Shown: positions 1 through 13,099 of the stretch, one piece after another
How positions within the stretch are numbered: the stretch's first letter is position 1
How the letters are laid out: every line of letters starts with the position of its first letter
Assembly: GCA_035221665.1 (NCBI GenBank)
Contig: CM069148.1
Coordinates: 11,346,001-11,410,000 of the forward strand
Origin: Okamejei kenojei
Lineage: Eukaryota
DNA length: 64,000 nt
Direction: 5' to 3'
The notes under the pieces: generated by a model
What the model saw: only the letters and a program-made list of their open reading frames with translations
Told to the model about the DNA's origin: nothing
Databases searched by the model: none
Program-made: the position numbers and the translations under genes

Positions 1-149
1 AGCAAACAGTGTGATTATGCTCAAGTAATCAAGCAGAATAAGATAAACAAAAATCCTTGTTCAAGTAAAACTAATTATATTTAGGTACAGATATGACATC
101 CACAAAAAGAATTCTGTCGGTTGTCAAAACGGAGGCCCATTTGTGATAT

Positions 150-3100
150 TTTCTCTTATATTTACAGTAAGCAAATGTGGCTATCACCTTGCTTGCTGCC
201 CAAAAGCATTGCTGAATGATCTTTATTTTATTAAATGCACCAGTAAGCAGCCACGAAAACATGGCTTATGGGTTGGAAACCTTGACTGACTGCAGCTTTT
301 ATAAATTAAATTTATTTTGAGGCTTCAGCCATTGACAAATTGTCACATGCTGTTGTGGTAAACAGCCCTTAAAAGGGGCACAAAATTCAGAATGGATGTG
401 TAAAATAAATGAATATTTGGAAATGAAGCTCATTTATGACCGTTAGGAACTGGTGTATACATGAGGTCTGCTTTTAGCTTCGAGCGGTGTGAGCTCAAAT
501 CTAAGCTGATCTTTTGTGACAGGAACATTGGCTGAGTTGGTGCAGTCTAGTCATAGTTAAGGGAATTGGTAAACTCACTGGCCGAGTGGCTGCCTGGCTT
601 CCTCTGCGTGAGTATTCCCAAAAGCCTGCCTACAATGATGCACATCTGATTGAGCACTGTCTTGGTAATTTGGCTTGACAACATGCGAGTAGTTGCCATG
701 TTACTTTCACAGTCCTAATGCACAGTAAAAGATAAACAGCCTGACCAATAGATTGCTACATTGGGAGACAGTCAAAATGCAGATTCTGAAATGAAATCAA
801 TTACTACCTTATGGCAGACAAACTAATTAAAGAGCAAACTGTTAAATATCTATAAATCACTTGGGTACTTTGGTCACAATTAGACTTACCATGATAGTCC
901 TTGTAGATTGGATTGGTTTCTCTCTCAGAAGCATTAAATGATTCGAGACCAATCACCGTATCTGATAATTTTACCACACGGCCTATAACTGCTTTGTTCT
1001 GTAGAGGATAGAAGAAAATAGATTTAAAGAATTTAAATAAAGGAAAAGAACAAGTTTAGGCTAACCTCATAAATAAATAAAGCTTAGCAATGATTAGATA
1101 GTTCCCGAACTCATCTTTGTAAAGATGAAAATTTTAGTGGAAAAAATATTTTGGTTACAAATACATACTACGTTGATTTATGTGAAGTAATGAGATTAAG
1201 TGAATACTTAGTTATTATTTAACATTTAAATATTTCAATTGCATTAAAAGTCACATTACTGCTGTTAGGTTTTTTTTCACTGTTAACTTCCATTGAGTAG
1301 ATTTTATGGACAGCATAATGCTTTCTTTCATGCCAATTCATCTGCTATACACCAATTGTAAATGGAAAACAGCTTCAAAGCTGCAAAGTCATTGCCCTTC
1401 AATGCATCGTTTCTTGGTGCATTTTAATAAAAGAAAACATAAAGCGTACAAAATGTCCTGCATTAAATTATTACTTTTAAGGATGGATTGCTATTGCTAA
1501 TCTATCTCTAAAGACCTTCATGTTCATGTAAAATTATCTCTCCTGTAATGCTAGGTATTAGGAAGAAAATGTACAAATAATTGCATGCTCTACGAAAGCT
1601 GACATCTTAAAACATAACTTAATTTTGCAGGATTCGTTTCTTGTTTTGTTTTTTACTGTGTCCTTTTTGTTTTATGCCGTGCTTGCCTTTTATCTATTAA
1701 GAGACGGCATTTTAGGCTGCTTTATATATTTTTGTTTTTTACGAAACGTTTCCCAATTTTTATGCTATTTCCATTTAAGTTTTTTGAGCCTTGGCTTCTA
1801 TCTGTGTTTTTTTTTATTGTTTCAGCATGATTTGATTTTATACACTGGACTTTTGAGTTGCTGTTGGCTCAGGTTGGGGGAAGTAGGGAAATAAGAGAAC
1901 TAACTGGACATGGTATTGCTGAGGCTGGGCTGGAGGCAGCAGTGCTGGCAACCAGTACTGAGATGCCTCATGTGCAAAATATATTGGTAGGCAAGGCCCA
2001 GCTGAAGGGTGAGAGCTCCAGGAATACAGCAGAAGGCAAGCTTAAGGTCCCCGAGAGAGGGAAGGCCTGCACAGGAAAAAGCTGTTGGAGGTATTGAAAG
2101 ATTATGCATTGAGTTGATTAACAAAAAGACCAAGTCTATCATGGTTAAATAAGGTAATTTAAAGTATAATTTAGGGTCATATTGTCAACACGAGAACATT
2201 AAAAGGAGGTATGCACAAAACTTGAGATTTAATTTATATAGGTGATCGAAGAAACTAAAAAAAGGAAAATAACATCTGCTTTATTCAATATAATTAAATG
2301 TTTTGTGCTGATTCAGCCAGGCAATAATTTTTCAAGGTTTTAAATTGTCTGCAGATAGATGATTCTTGGTTATAAAATGGGTTTAGTTAATTTTTCTGTT
2401 TTATAATCATCTAGTACTTTGTAACAGAAATCACAATTGTTTTAATGCACATTGCTGATATAATATTGGCACATATAAAATTTTGTTAGTCATGAATTAT
2501 AGTATTTGACATAATCCAGTGCTGCAACTACATTAAGCTGTAAAGCTGTACAAATGGACCTCATTTACAAAGATAGCTTAAAGCTGGATGTGCATTATGA
2601 TGGGAGATATGACATGTACATTGATAAGTCAATTTGTAAAATAATCAACTTGCAATACATGTAATTCTACTCACTTAATCACCATTTTGTATTACCAAAA
2701 AATACCTTACTATCCTTATTAATAAGTTGATGCCTAAAGGCAGTGTTACATCGCCTTTTAAGAGGACACAGTTTACCCTTTATTCTGGTTTGTATTAGAG
2801 AGGTCAAAAATTATTGACGGATATCATATGTTCCAAAATAAATTAATTGTTTGGAAGGCTAGTCAAAATTATGCAGTTGTTTTTCTTTAGGGAAAAAAAT
2901 TCTAATGTGTGCTAATGTACTTAGGTGAAAGCAGAGTAAGCAATAAATGACAATATTCAGGGTGTTGCACAAGCATTGAAAATAAATACAACTTTATACT
3001 TCGGTGTAAAAAATATCTATAGTTTACACAAATGATTGATAATTCAAAAGTCAATAGAGAAAAAAACCCCAAAATAAATCTGTGAATCCTATGACACTCT

Positions 3101-6100
3101 CCGGATAGCAGGTACCCAGGTGATTTACTGTCTTACAATCATAGTGCCAATATTATGCACCATCAACATTCTATTTATTCAGCAGAAGATTAGCGATTGT
3201 TTTATTGTCAGTCTATGCTTGGGCTGTGGAAAAGTTCCTCCATAAACAATGTTATCAAACTACGTGAAATGACTTAACAAGAAGATAGTCAATGATGCCA
3301 TCTTCAATTTAATGTGATCAATTCCCCATGTTATCAAGATCCAAATGAATGTACAGAAAATTACCATCAAGATGGTACCATCAGTGTATAACTCTAAATG
3401 GACCATGGGTCAACAAACAGACAAATCAATTATTTAAACCTTGTAAACTCAAGACTGTTAAAACAAAACAGGGAAGAAAAGGGTGAGATGAAAATATTCA
3501 GACAAACGTCAGCAAGTAAATACACAAAAGCTGTTCAAAATTTAGAGGCAAAAAAAAACAGCTGACTCCTGTAATGAAGGTGCTGGCTACAGATACTGAA
3601 ACTTCCAAATGAGCTTATACTAATCCTGTACCAAGTGTTCGCACGTTGATGGGAGAAAAATTATAGCCTGTCATCAGAAGCAGACAGGCAGGCCTCGGTC
3701 CAGATGGGAGACTGGCTGGAAGAGGGGGCAGGTGGGAAGAATGATGGGAATGTGCTGGTATACAGAAGACTACTCCCTCTGCTGGCCAGATTGTCACCTG
3801 TTATGATTTTAGCAGCCTTGTGTACACTGACATGAGTAATATTAGTATTCTATGATTTTTTTAAATAATATTCTGCACGGCCCAACCCCCTCCCAGTCTG
3901 AAGGAATTAAAAAAAAATTTTCCTTTAGGCTTTCAGATAAAAACAGCCCTTTACTGTAGTGCAAACATCCACTTCAGTTAGTCCTTCAATCAAGCTCACA
4001 TTTAAGTCAATGTTCCGTTTCTAGGGATTAATTACCAGCAATATGTGAAATGATAAAGTTGCTATTAATTAAGTTAAAAAGGGCATTAATACCACCATGA
4101 TGCTCATTCACTACTTTCTAAATAAATCATTTCATCTCTGCACAAGAATTCTTTAAGTAATATGTTATTATCCACAATGATTTATACCAATTCAGTGATG
4201 AGCATGATAATTAAGACATCCAAGTCAGCCGAATGTGAAAACTAATAATACACAGATGTGACAGTAATGCAAGTTTTCTGTATTTTGATGGATACAAAGA
4301 GCATATTGGACACAGGAAAAATACAAGTGAGTGCTCTTAATTACAGCTACAATGAAGCATTTCTTTGATTTTTGTTCCCAGAAGCAGCCTTTTTCTTTGC
4401 CCCCTCCTTTGCTTGCCAGGTTATTAGGGCTACCAGTGCCTTCTGTTACAGGATCTAACTGCACTTCTGTTTCATGAGATTTTGGCCTTAAACCAGCATC
4501 TCCCAGAGCAGGAGGGATCAGCTTTTTCCCCACTGTTTTCATATAAAGCCTGGCTTCAAAGTTACTCCAGCTCCTTGCTTTCCAGAAGGTTCCATCCCAG
4601 GAACTCTCGCCTGCCATTTGGTTTGCTTTCTCATCTCAAAGGAATTGGCTTGCAGTGTTTCCCGATGTTGAACTGGCATTTGCTCTATGGAGTGAGTTAT
4701 TATTAAACTTTTAGGTCAATTGTGGCACTAACAACTCTTCAGAAGCTTTCAGACACACAGTACAATTTGCCTGCTAATTAAATATTAATATAAAGTGGTG
4801 CATTTGTAGATAAGAGCTTTCATGCTCTTTCTTCTCTTTCTGATGGGGAAGAAACGTTCTAAAGCACATTTCAAGAGTTCTATATTGCAATACACACTTC
4901 AGCCTGTGAAAAAAGCCACATGCTTGTGCAGTAAAAATATTAAAATGAAAGTTAAAAATGGAAACAGGCAAAACAAAGAAAATAGAATTTTCTTTCCTGC
5001 GCCTATCCATCAGGTCTTTCAATCCATGGTTAAGCAAATATCCAGTAGAAACAAAATTTGTATGTCCACATTATGTTGTATAATGATGAGACTGATAAGA
5101 CACAAAACTAATACTTGAAAGTCAGTGCCATATGTATACAATTTCCTATACATGCATTGTGTCTGCGTCTCTAAATGGGGCAAATCCAGAGGTTGTTTTA
5201 TCCTCTTTGTTCTGAATAGTTTACCAATGACCAAGATTATGTGTAATTACCGACTGTAGAGTATGGAAGCCAAAGATTCCATATGCCTGAACAGATGACT
5301 ATTCCCACACCATTATGAGAAGTTGACTGACTCAGGCTTACATCTTTTAGTTGTGGACCTAAAAACACCAGGCCTTGTTCCCAGATATGTTTTGTCCTAC
5401 TCTATTTCACTTATGTATATTTAGACAAATTAATTGGATGATGTTGCACAACTAAGTTTAATCCCGGGGAATCTTTTACAGGTACTTCTAAATGTTCTGC
5501 ACTTTTAACATTGTGGAAATTTCTAAGAATTAATAAATGACTGAATAATAGCAACTCGATATCTAGTGAGCATAATATTGTTGCATTTACTTGATCCATA
5601 TGTTACTTCAGAATAAATAATATTAAATAAACATGGGTTGAAATCAGTCCTAGACACTTGCAATCTGACTCTGACCCCATTCGGATAAGTAATTTCATTC
5701 AAAACAGCTGCTGTTATTTCTATGGGCATCCATCAGGTTCCAAAAGAGAGTTGAATATGGAATCTATATCTCTCTCTCAACACTTTGAAGTAAGTACTTG
5801 AATGAACAATCGTATACTTCATGTAATGTGAATTCTCTTTGTGTACCAGATATAGATGCTTAGTCTTGTAACCAGCAATAAAGAAAGCTATCTGTTGAAA
5901 GGGTATACTTATTTTAACTAATTTCCCATTTATATTCAAGCAACGTTCCATGACAAATAATGTTGACACTGATAGCGCCTTCCCTACATGTTTTCTTTTT
6001 TCTGTCATAATCATTGCAAAGGAAATAAAACAGTATGCTAGATGTACGGTTATGAGATCCCACACTGTCTCCAATGATTGGAGAATTAGCAGCACGTGAT

Positions 6101-7750
6101 GTTGTTTGAAGCTGTGGCAGAGCAGGAGCAGCAGGGGAGCTCTCTACTTTCCAATAAAAAGGCAAGTTTCTGAGGAATCGTTCTTCTTTTCATCATTTGT
6201 GGAACTGAAGAAAACAAAGTTGTTCAACAATGTGAACAGCTGCTATTATTAAACTAAAAGTCCACCAGTGCTTGAGACTGAGAGGCCCACATGTTCAGCT
6301 GTCCTCTCATCTTGCCATCCTATCCAATTAACTATTAACATGGAGGGCTTTACACATGCTCTCAGGGACTCTTTAACAGGCTTCTTGGAGAGTTAAACAA
6401 CTGCACAGCAGGGACTCTGGGAACTGAGTAGCACTGACTGCATGAAAATTCTTGCCAGCTTCACTCCACTTAATGACAGCTCACTCTGCAGTTTAGTGTT
6501 TGATTGAGACGGTCAGAAAATTTAACAATTTTTTACAAAATAGATCTGCCTATCAGAAACTTCTGCTTGTAAAACTAAACACAGTAATTCTTAACAAATA
6601 CATCTGCCCCTTCAAAACATTGATACAACAGTGGAATGCAGAAATAGTTATTTTTACTGAGGCTAATAATGTATGTACATTTACAGCAACATTAACAGCT
6701 GTCCATGCAACCAATAGTGAGCATAGCTGGAGTCTGAAGTATTCAATTTTTGGTGCAACTTAAATTAGCTTAACGTTTATGGATTATTCAATGTAGAATG
6801 TTCCTGCAACCATCGTATTTTCAAAAGTAAATTTGAATGCTCATCTACAGTCACTTTATAAAGATTTTATTTGGTTATTCACTCTTGTAGTTTCTTGATT
6901 AGTTACAGATTTCTCCAAGTAACCAGGACATCAGTTCCTCACTGACTTTGCCAATAGTCACTTTGACAATACTTTGAATTATTGTCTTTTTTTTTAAAGG
7001 AACTTGATAATTTGCAGATAGAATAAAACTCCTTAAAGAACTCATTAAATGTTCACAATATTTGCTTGGCATGTCTCCAATATGTCTTTTCCCTTCATAA
7101 GGAACATTAGAGCACTTCCTCTGAATTTCTAAGAAACCCCATGAGAACCAAAACAGTTCAACGTCTTAGGATTAGTGCAGTCACTGCCACTCAAACAGAA
7201 GTATCAACTGAATCTTAAGTGAATCCAAGTTAATTTTAGAGAGGATTGGAACACAATTTAGAAACTACCAAATAACACCGTCCAATTCTGATGTACTTTA
7301 TTTGTATATATATATTAAACTAAGCAGCCATCAAATTAAGGTGTTTTTTACTTTAATTACTAATTATTTTGTACAGGATTTGAGCATACAACATAATGTT
7401 AGGCCAGGGCAGGTTGTAAAATATTACAAAGTGTAATGCCAAAATAGTTGGCAATTACCCTTGTAAGCCATTGAAGGCTTCCAGTCTGTGCTGAGGTTTC
7501 TCTTGACTGCACTCTTGACATTGGCCACATGGTCCAGCAGTGGAGCGTAACCTTGATGCTATAACCCAGTGGCGATGCTGGGAAATCTGCTAAATAAACC
7601 TGAAGCAGGAACAGCCCATTAATTCCAATGAAGAAGAATGGCCGATGAGAACCGGATTTTAATACATTTTTCTACTTATTAATTGGATTTTTGTGCTCTG
7701 GTTAATTGTATTTTATTGTTTTTCCCCCAGTGTTTGAGGGTGTTTAGATT
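150..7750. promoter_or_regulatory. Transposon-free intronic block around exon 8; candidate PAX6 downstream regulatory enhancers
   Basis: No recognisable repeat over about 7.7 kb in an otherwise repeat-dense window; TAAT-rich, high-complexity sequence; ELP4 introns are known to hold PAX6 enhancers. Inference only. Confidence 0.55.
890..998 (-). CDS. ELP4: ELP4 coding exon (equivalent to human exon 8), 109 bp
   Basis: Acceptor ttcttctatcctctacag|, donor |gtaagt. Translates [36 protein letters not shown](G), matching remembered human ELP4 [37 protein letters not shown]. Confidence 0.97.
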
Positions 7751-7835
7751 CTTTAAAGCTCTTGACATGTTTCATAGTCATCAAAGACTTGGGACATCAT
7801 TTAGCTGACTTGCAATGTTTTTCAATTATGTTGAG

Positions 7836-7975
7836 AGCATCTCTGGAGAAAATGGATAGGTGACGTTTTGGGTCAGAGTCTGAAGAAGGATCCCAACCTG
7901 AAACGTCACCTATACCCCAGTATTTTGTGTCTATCTTTGGTATGAACCAGCATCTGCAGTACCTTTTTATTACAG
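7836..7975. mobile_element. PLE pLTR-derived short fold-back element, degenerate
   Basis: gcatctctggagaaaatggataggtgacgtttt..ctgaagaaggatcccaacctgaaacgtcacctat..ccagcatctgcagt matches the 3' end of the PLE at 44590-44720. Confidence 0.8.
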
Positions 7976-8399
7976 AACCATTTTCTTGGAATGCACAAGA
8001 ATAGACAACAGTGAATGAAAATCAAATTCAAAATTTGTCGTGCAATTTAATGGAACTAAAAGAGAAAAGGCTGGAATTACTCGACATCTAATTGCATGTT
8101 AGAGTGGAGTGGATTTAATATTTAGTCTTTCATCAGAAATGATCTGCTGAATATTTTCAAAGTTTTGTTTTTATTTCAGATTCCTAACATCTGCAATGTT
8201 TTGTTTTTGGATTACAGAATAGGCAGAAATTGTTCACAGATCATTCTGTCTATCCAAGAAAATAGTTGTTGCATTGTTGCTGGAAAAACATAGCTCTAAG
8301 AAGTGGGAGTACATTTATATACACTATTTTATCAAAAGAAAATAATTATTTAATAATTTGAGGTTGAGTTAACCCAGCCATTTAAAAACATAACAAATG

Positions 8400-8561
8400 N
8401 NNNNNNNNNNNNNNNNNNNNNNNNNNNNNNNNNNNNNNNNNNNNNNNNNNNNNNNNNNNNNNNNNNNNNNNNNNNNNNNNNNNNNNNNNNNNNNNNNNNN
8501 NNNNNNNNNNNNNNNNNNNNNNNNNNNNNNNNNNNNNNNNNNNNNNNNNNNNNNNNNNNNN
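8400..8561. other. Assembly gap (162 N)
   Basis: Run of N. Confidence 1.
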
Positions 8562-8679
8562 ATAATGGAAATGTTAACGACTTGGTTAAATACCTTGACC
8601 ATTTCCATGAACTTGAATATAACTTGATCTTCAATTGAACTAGAAATTTCAACAATATGCAAAAAAAAAACCAAAAAGG

Positions 8680-8900
8680 AACCCCGCAGATGCTGAAAAT
8701 ACTCAGGTGGTCAGGCAGCATCTGTAGAAAGGGAAACAAAATGAATGTTTCAGATTGAAGACCCTTAGTTGGATCTACCGGGAATGAGAGAAACATTTTT
8801 GAAGGGTCTTTCACTGGTAACATTAATTCTGTTTCTCTTTCAATGGGCTGATCTGTTGAGTTTCCAGCATTTTCTATTTTTATTGCAGCATTCCAAACTC
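8680..8900. mobile_element. Older PLE pLTR-derived fold-back element
   Basis: gcagatgctgaaaatactcaggtggtcaggcagcatctg...ctgttgagtttccagcattttct forms inverted arms. Confidence 0.65.
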
Positions 8901-9094
8901 AGCATTTAAAAATTTTCAATGGTGGAAGATTGATAAATATAGATGTCGATCATCAAAGAATAAAACCAATTCGATTGAAAATGCCAAATTCTTCCTTTAT
9001 GGAGGCGCAAGAAAATGATCAAATAAGGCCAAATCATACTGCATTACAATGTAAATTCCATTGAAAAGTAATCCATCGCAATAAATTTCCAAAT

Positions 9095-9493
9095 TCTCCC
9101 CTACTTGCGCAAAAAGCAACTTGTGTAAACTTGCACTTGCATAAACAATTCTGTACTCAGTCCATTGTGCAATCAAGGCAATTTGTATTTTCTACAACAG
9201 GATCGTTCAAGTTTATATTGTAAACAAGCTGGTAATGGTGGCGATGCTTACCCAGAAGGCTGCAGGCCACAGAAAGTGCCCCAAAGGTGAGATGGAACTC
9301 AAGCCTGCAATGGCGGTGCTTCTCCAAAAGGCCACGTTCTGGAGAAAGTGCCCCAGACGCAACCAAACGCTGCTGAGACGATTCTCACTGAGTTATTTCG
9401 GAGGGAATGGGCATGGCGATTCCAACTTATGCAAAATTTGACTTATGTAACTGTTCACAGAACATAACCCTTACATAAGTCAGGGAGAGCCTG
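9095..9493. mobile_element. Tigger/pogo-like (Tc1-mariner) MITE, old
   Basis: Right end ataagtcagggagagcctg|TA and degraded left end tctcccctacttgcg resemble the CAGG..TCCCCGACTTACG TIR; it interrupts one copy of a local duplication. Confidence 0.65.
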
Positions 9494-9584
9494 TATCAAA
9501 ACTTCTTTAAAAAACAAAGTGAAACAATATAAAAACTAAAACAAAATAAAGGCATAGAATGAAAATGTGCTTTCTTGAACAAGA

Positions 9585-9900
9585 AACAAAAGAAATAGGT
9601 ATGGGGCATTTGGGTCCCGTTTCCTGCTTCACCATTCAATAAATTAGGGTTGATCTTTATGTCATTGACACTTTCCCATACTAAATCTGTATCTCTTGAT
9701 TCCTTTAATATTAAACAAATATACTAATCTTTTCCCAAGGTATATTGGACTACTGAGCCTCCACAATCCGCATGGTTTCTTTTTTTTCATTTGAAGAATT
9801 TTCTCATCCATGTTCTGACTGGCTTGTTAATTTGAAACCTTGGCCATTCCATCTACCCTATCCAAAGAAATGTAATTCCAACATTGCAGTCCAATTTCCC
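9585..9900 (-). mobile_element. Degenerate CR1 3' fragment
   Basis: aagaaataggt..cctgcttcaccattcaataa..gttgatc resembles the CR1 3' UTR in reverse. Confidence 0.55.
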
Positions 9901-10249
9901 CCTCAAGCTTTTTATCCAGAAACAGACTGCACTTAAATGTAAATTCCATTCAAAAATCATCCATCCCAATACATTTTCAAATATATAAACTTCTTAAAAA
10001 AAATAACAGTGAAATAAAGGAAATATAACAAAATAAAGGCAGAAACAGAAAATGTGCTTTCTTGTACAAATCTAAAACTGTCACCTCTAGATAATGTTAG
10101 AAGATTGTGAGATAAAATCACTAATTTGCCGAGTTATTTCCTAGAGTGGCAGATGTAAAATATTTAGAGTTCTATTTGATGAAGAGAAGAAAATAATACA
10201 TCACAAAGTATTTCTCCTTAATTGGGTTTATGATTACTGCTTAAATGGG

Positions 10250-10659
10250 TTGGTTTGCTCATTTGCAGATGAAACAAAAATTGGAGTTGTGGACAATGAA
10301 GAAGGCTGTCAAAGGATGCAGCAGAATATAGATCAGTTAAAAATATGGGGGCCGGGGGGTGGTAGAGTATCATCGGTTGGGGCATTGAGTATAAAGTCAG
10401 GAAGTCATAATGCAATGAGAACTTTATAAATCTATGGTTAAGCTGTATTTGGATTGTCTGCAGTTTTGGTCGCCCCTTTACAGGAAGGATGTGGAGGCTT
10501 TGGAGAGGATGCAGGAGAAGTTTACCAGAATGCTGCCTGGATTTGAAGGTATGAGCTATAAGGAGGGATTGGATAATCTTGGATTGTTTTCTCTGGAACA
10601 TCAGAGGCTGCACAGAGACCTAATATAAATGTATAAAATTATGAGAGCCAAAAGACAAG
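10250..10659 (+). mobile_element. CR1 LINE RT C-terminal fragment
   Basis: ORF with QFWSPLYRKDVEALERMQEKFTRMLPG, a typical CR1 ORF2 motif. Confidence 0.9.
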
Positions 10660-10673
10660 GTAGTCTTATATGT

Positions 10674-10889
10674 TAAAGAAGGAACTGCAGATGCTGGAGA
10701 ATCGAGGGTACACAAAAGGCTGGAGAAACTCAGCGGGTGCAGCAGCATCTAAGGAGCGAAGGAGATAGGTGATGTTTCGGGTCAAGACCCTTCTTCAGAC
10801 TTCTGAAGAAGGGTCTCGACCCGAAACATCGCCTATCTCCTTCGCTCCTTAGATGCTGCTGCACCCGCTGAGTTTCTCCAGCCTTTTGT
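10674..10889. mobile_element. PLE pLTR-derived fold-back element with 14-bp TSD and hammerhead motifs on both strands
   Basis: About 90-bp near-perfect inverted arms centred at 10800; direct repeat gtagtcttatatgt at 10660-10673 and 10890-10903. Confidence 0.88.
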
Positions 10890-11659
10890 GTAGTCTTATA
10901 TGTAATTATCTCATGCAAAAAATTGTTTCATAAAAATTCTGGTGGATAACTGGAAAGTGATGATAACGAAACTACTATTGAATGTCAAAGAGTATCTATC
11001 ACATTAGCCCTATTATAAATTCAAGTAAATTCTGCAATTGAACAAACTCAGTCGTTGCTCAGAAATAGTTTATGAACATTGGTAATTGATAATGCAAAAA
11101 AATAGAAAACCATGTCAAGCAATCTCCCAAGTTATAGTTGTTGTTTTACAGTGAAAGAAATATGAACCCAGAGGCTGACTTGAAGACTGTTGTGAAGTGC
11201 AGTGCCGCAAGGAAATACATCACCTTATTGCTAATGTCACATTGATAGATGGCATGTTATTTTACAGAAAATACTTCAATCTGAAGTCTTGTCCTTTACA
11301 AATGCGCCGCTGATTTAATACATTCAGAAGCAGACATGAATTGAAAATGACATTCTTAAAAATTATTGGAGAATATTCTCAGAACTGCATTTTAATTCAG
11401 ACATGTTTTGAATAATCTTCATATTAGTGTTGCTACGGAGGCAAGCATCTATGGGGGAAAAAGTAGATTATCCCATAAAGTTACAGAACGTAGCTGCTTA
11501 TAAAGGGCGAAGGTTGTAACTGCACCGAGGCAAAGCAACAATAGCATCCCGAAATAAGTGTGGAAGGAACATGAACTGTATAAATATTTACATTCATATT
11601 TGATATTTGCCAAATGATTCTTTGAGCACCAATCAACATCTGGGATGTCAGCATTAATT

Positions 11660-11790
11660 CTCGATCAGTAAGGGTGTCAGGGGTTGCGGGGCGAAGGCAG
11701 GAGAACGGGGTTGTGAGGGAAGGATTGAATGGTGGAGTAGACTTGATTGGTCGAATAGCCCAATTCTGCTCCTAGAAGTTATGAACATTG
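11660..11790 (+). mobile_element. CR1 3' tail fragment
   Basis: aagggtgtcagggg..aaggcaggaga..gaatggtggagtagacttga..aattctgctcct. Confidence 0.8.
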
Positions 11791-11837
11791 GTAAAAAGGA
11801 TGAAATGGTAAACCACAACTATGACTCTTGACATGAG

Positions 11838-11980
11838 AGAACATAGAACAGTACAACACAGGAAACAGGCCAAACATGATGCCAAGTTAAACTAATCCCA
11901 TCTGCCTACATGTGATCTATATTGCTACATTCCCTGCATATCCTTGTGCTTATCCAAAAGCCTCTTAATCCCATACCATA
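11838..11980 (-). mobile_element. CR1 3' tail fragment
   Basis: gaacatagaacagtacaacacagg..tgcttatccaaaagcctcttaa. Confidence 0.75.
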
Positions 11981-12695
11981 TAGCACAGAAGACCTGGTGG
12001 TTTGCCCATTGAGTTATTAATAAGTTGTGCACGAGATGATGAGATACATCATCTGTATATCAAAGTTTGACTACTGAGGTTCAAATGACCATGGTACTGG
12101 AATGCAGTTGCTATTGGTTGAACAGTTTCCAATAGTTCTGAAAAATCAGCGCAAATCCCAAGGGGAAGTTTGTTGGAGGTAAGATGCAACACTGAGGTGA
12201 AAAAATTAGGAGAAACCTCACCAATTATTAATTAAAGCATATGAGGCGATGGGCCTTACACCCAGCAGCTGTGAGAGCAGGATCCTCCATCAACCGATCC
12301 CCACTGTACCACACTGCCCTCTGACAATAACAAAAAATCACAGCTAGATCTTGGAAAATATGAACCATTTACAAATTAAATCACTATCTTCTCCTTGGTC
12401 AACATCCGTAGAATTAAAAACCTTTAAATTATTCTTTGTCGGCAATGTTGGGCTGGCTGTGTAATTCGACTCCTGAAACATACAATCTATTGCACGTCCT
12501 GTTATGGCAAATTACCCGGTTGGACCCTTGATTTATCGAAAAGGAGCATTTGAGATGTAAAAATAACAATCTCAAACATTGTATTGATCAGTAGGAGGAT
12601 GAAATACCAAATATTGATTAAAAGCAGAAGTTACATGTGGCAATACTCAGCAAATCATCCCAATCTGTCAAACAAGGTATATTGAACAGCTCCAT

Positions 12696-12740
12696 CAAGA
12701 GTGTTTTATTGTCATATGTCCCAGATAGAGCAATGAAATC
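12696..12740 (-). mobile_element. Rex1 3' tail fragment
   Basis: Reverse complement of the Rex1 tail at 31220-31265. Confidence 0.65.
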
Positions 12741-13099
12741 CAATCCAATCCTGAATGTTCTTTCAGACCATATACCAATCTGACTGAGTCTATCACCTCG
12801 GATCATGTCCAACATGTCTCAAATTGGGTGGTCAGATTCTATACTAAAAAAGTGGCAACATTTTTGCATGCTGAACAACAATGCTATTGATGGAGGCATC
12901 TGCTTGCAATTATGTAAGAGTGCCCGAGGATGTTCGCCAACGCTTAACCCTCCTTTTATAGTAGATCCCAGTCCCATCTCCACCAAGAATGACAATCCCA
13001 ATTTCACTGGATTGGTATCAATTTAGAAACGTACACACCATGCCTTGAAACTTCTGAACTAATACAATCGAAGGGGTCATCATCATCATCAGAAGAATT

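Noticed and set aside
1625-2142. Overlapping 79-89-aa ORFs, one hydrophobic
   Set aside because: T-rich compositional bias, non-ATG starts for the plus-strand ORFs and no recognisable homology; more likely non-coding.
3716-3732. CTCF-like motif ggaagagggggcag (also ccagaggtggcac near 17590)
   Set aside because: Only the 3' half of the consensus matches; not supportable without ChIP data.
8350-8823. ORFs spanning N gaps (also 19850-20218)
   Set aside because: Artefacts of translating through N runs.
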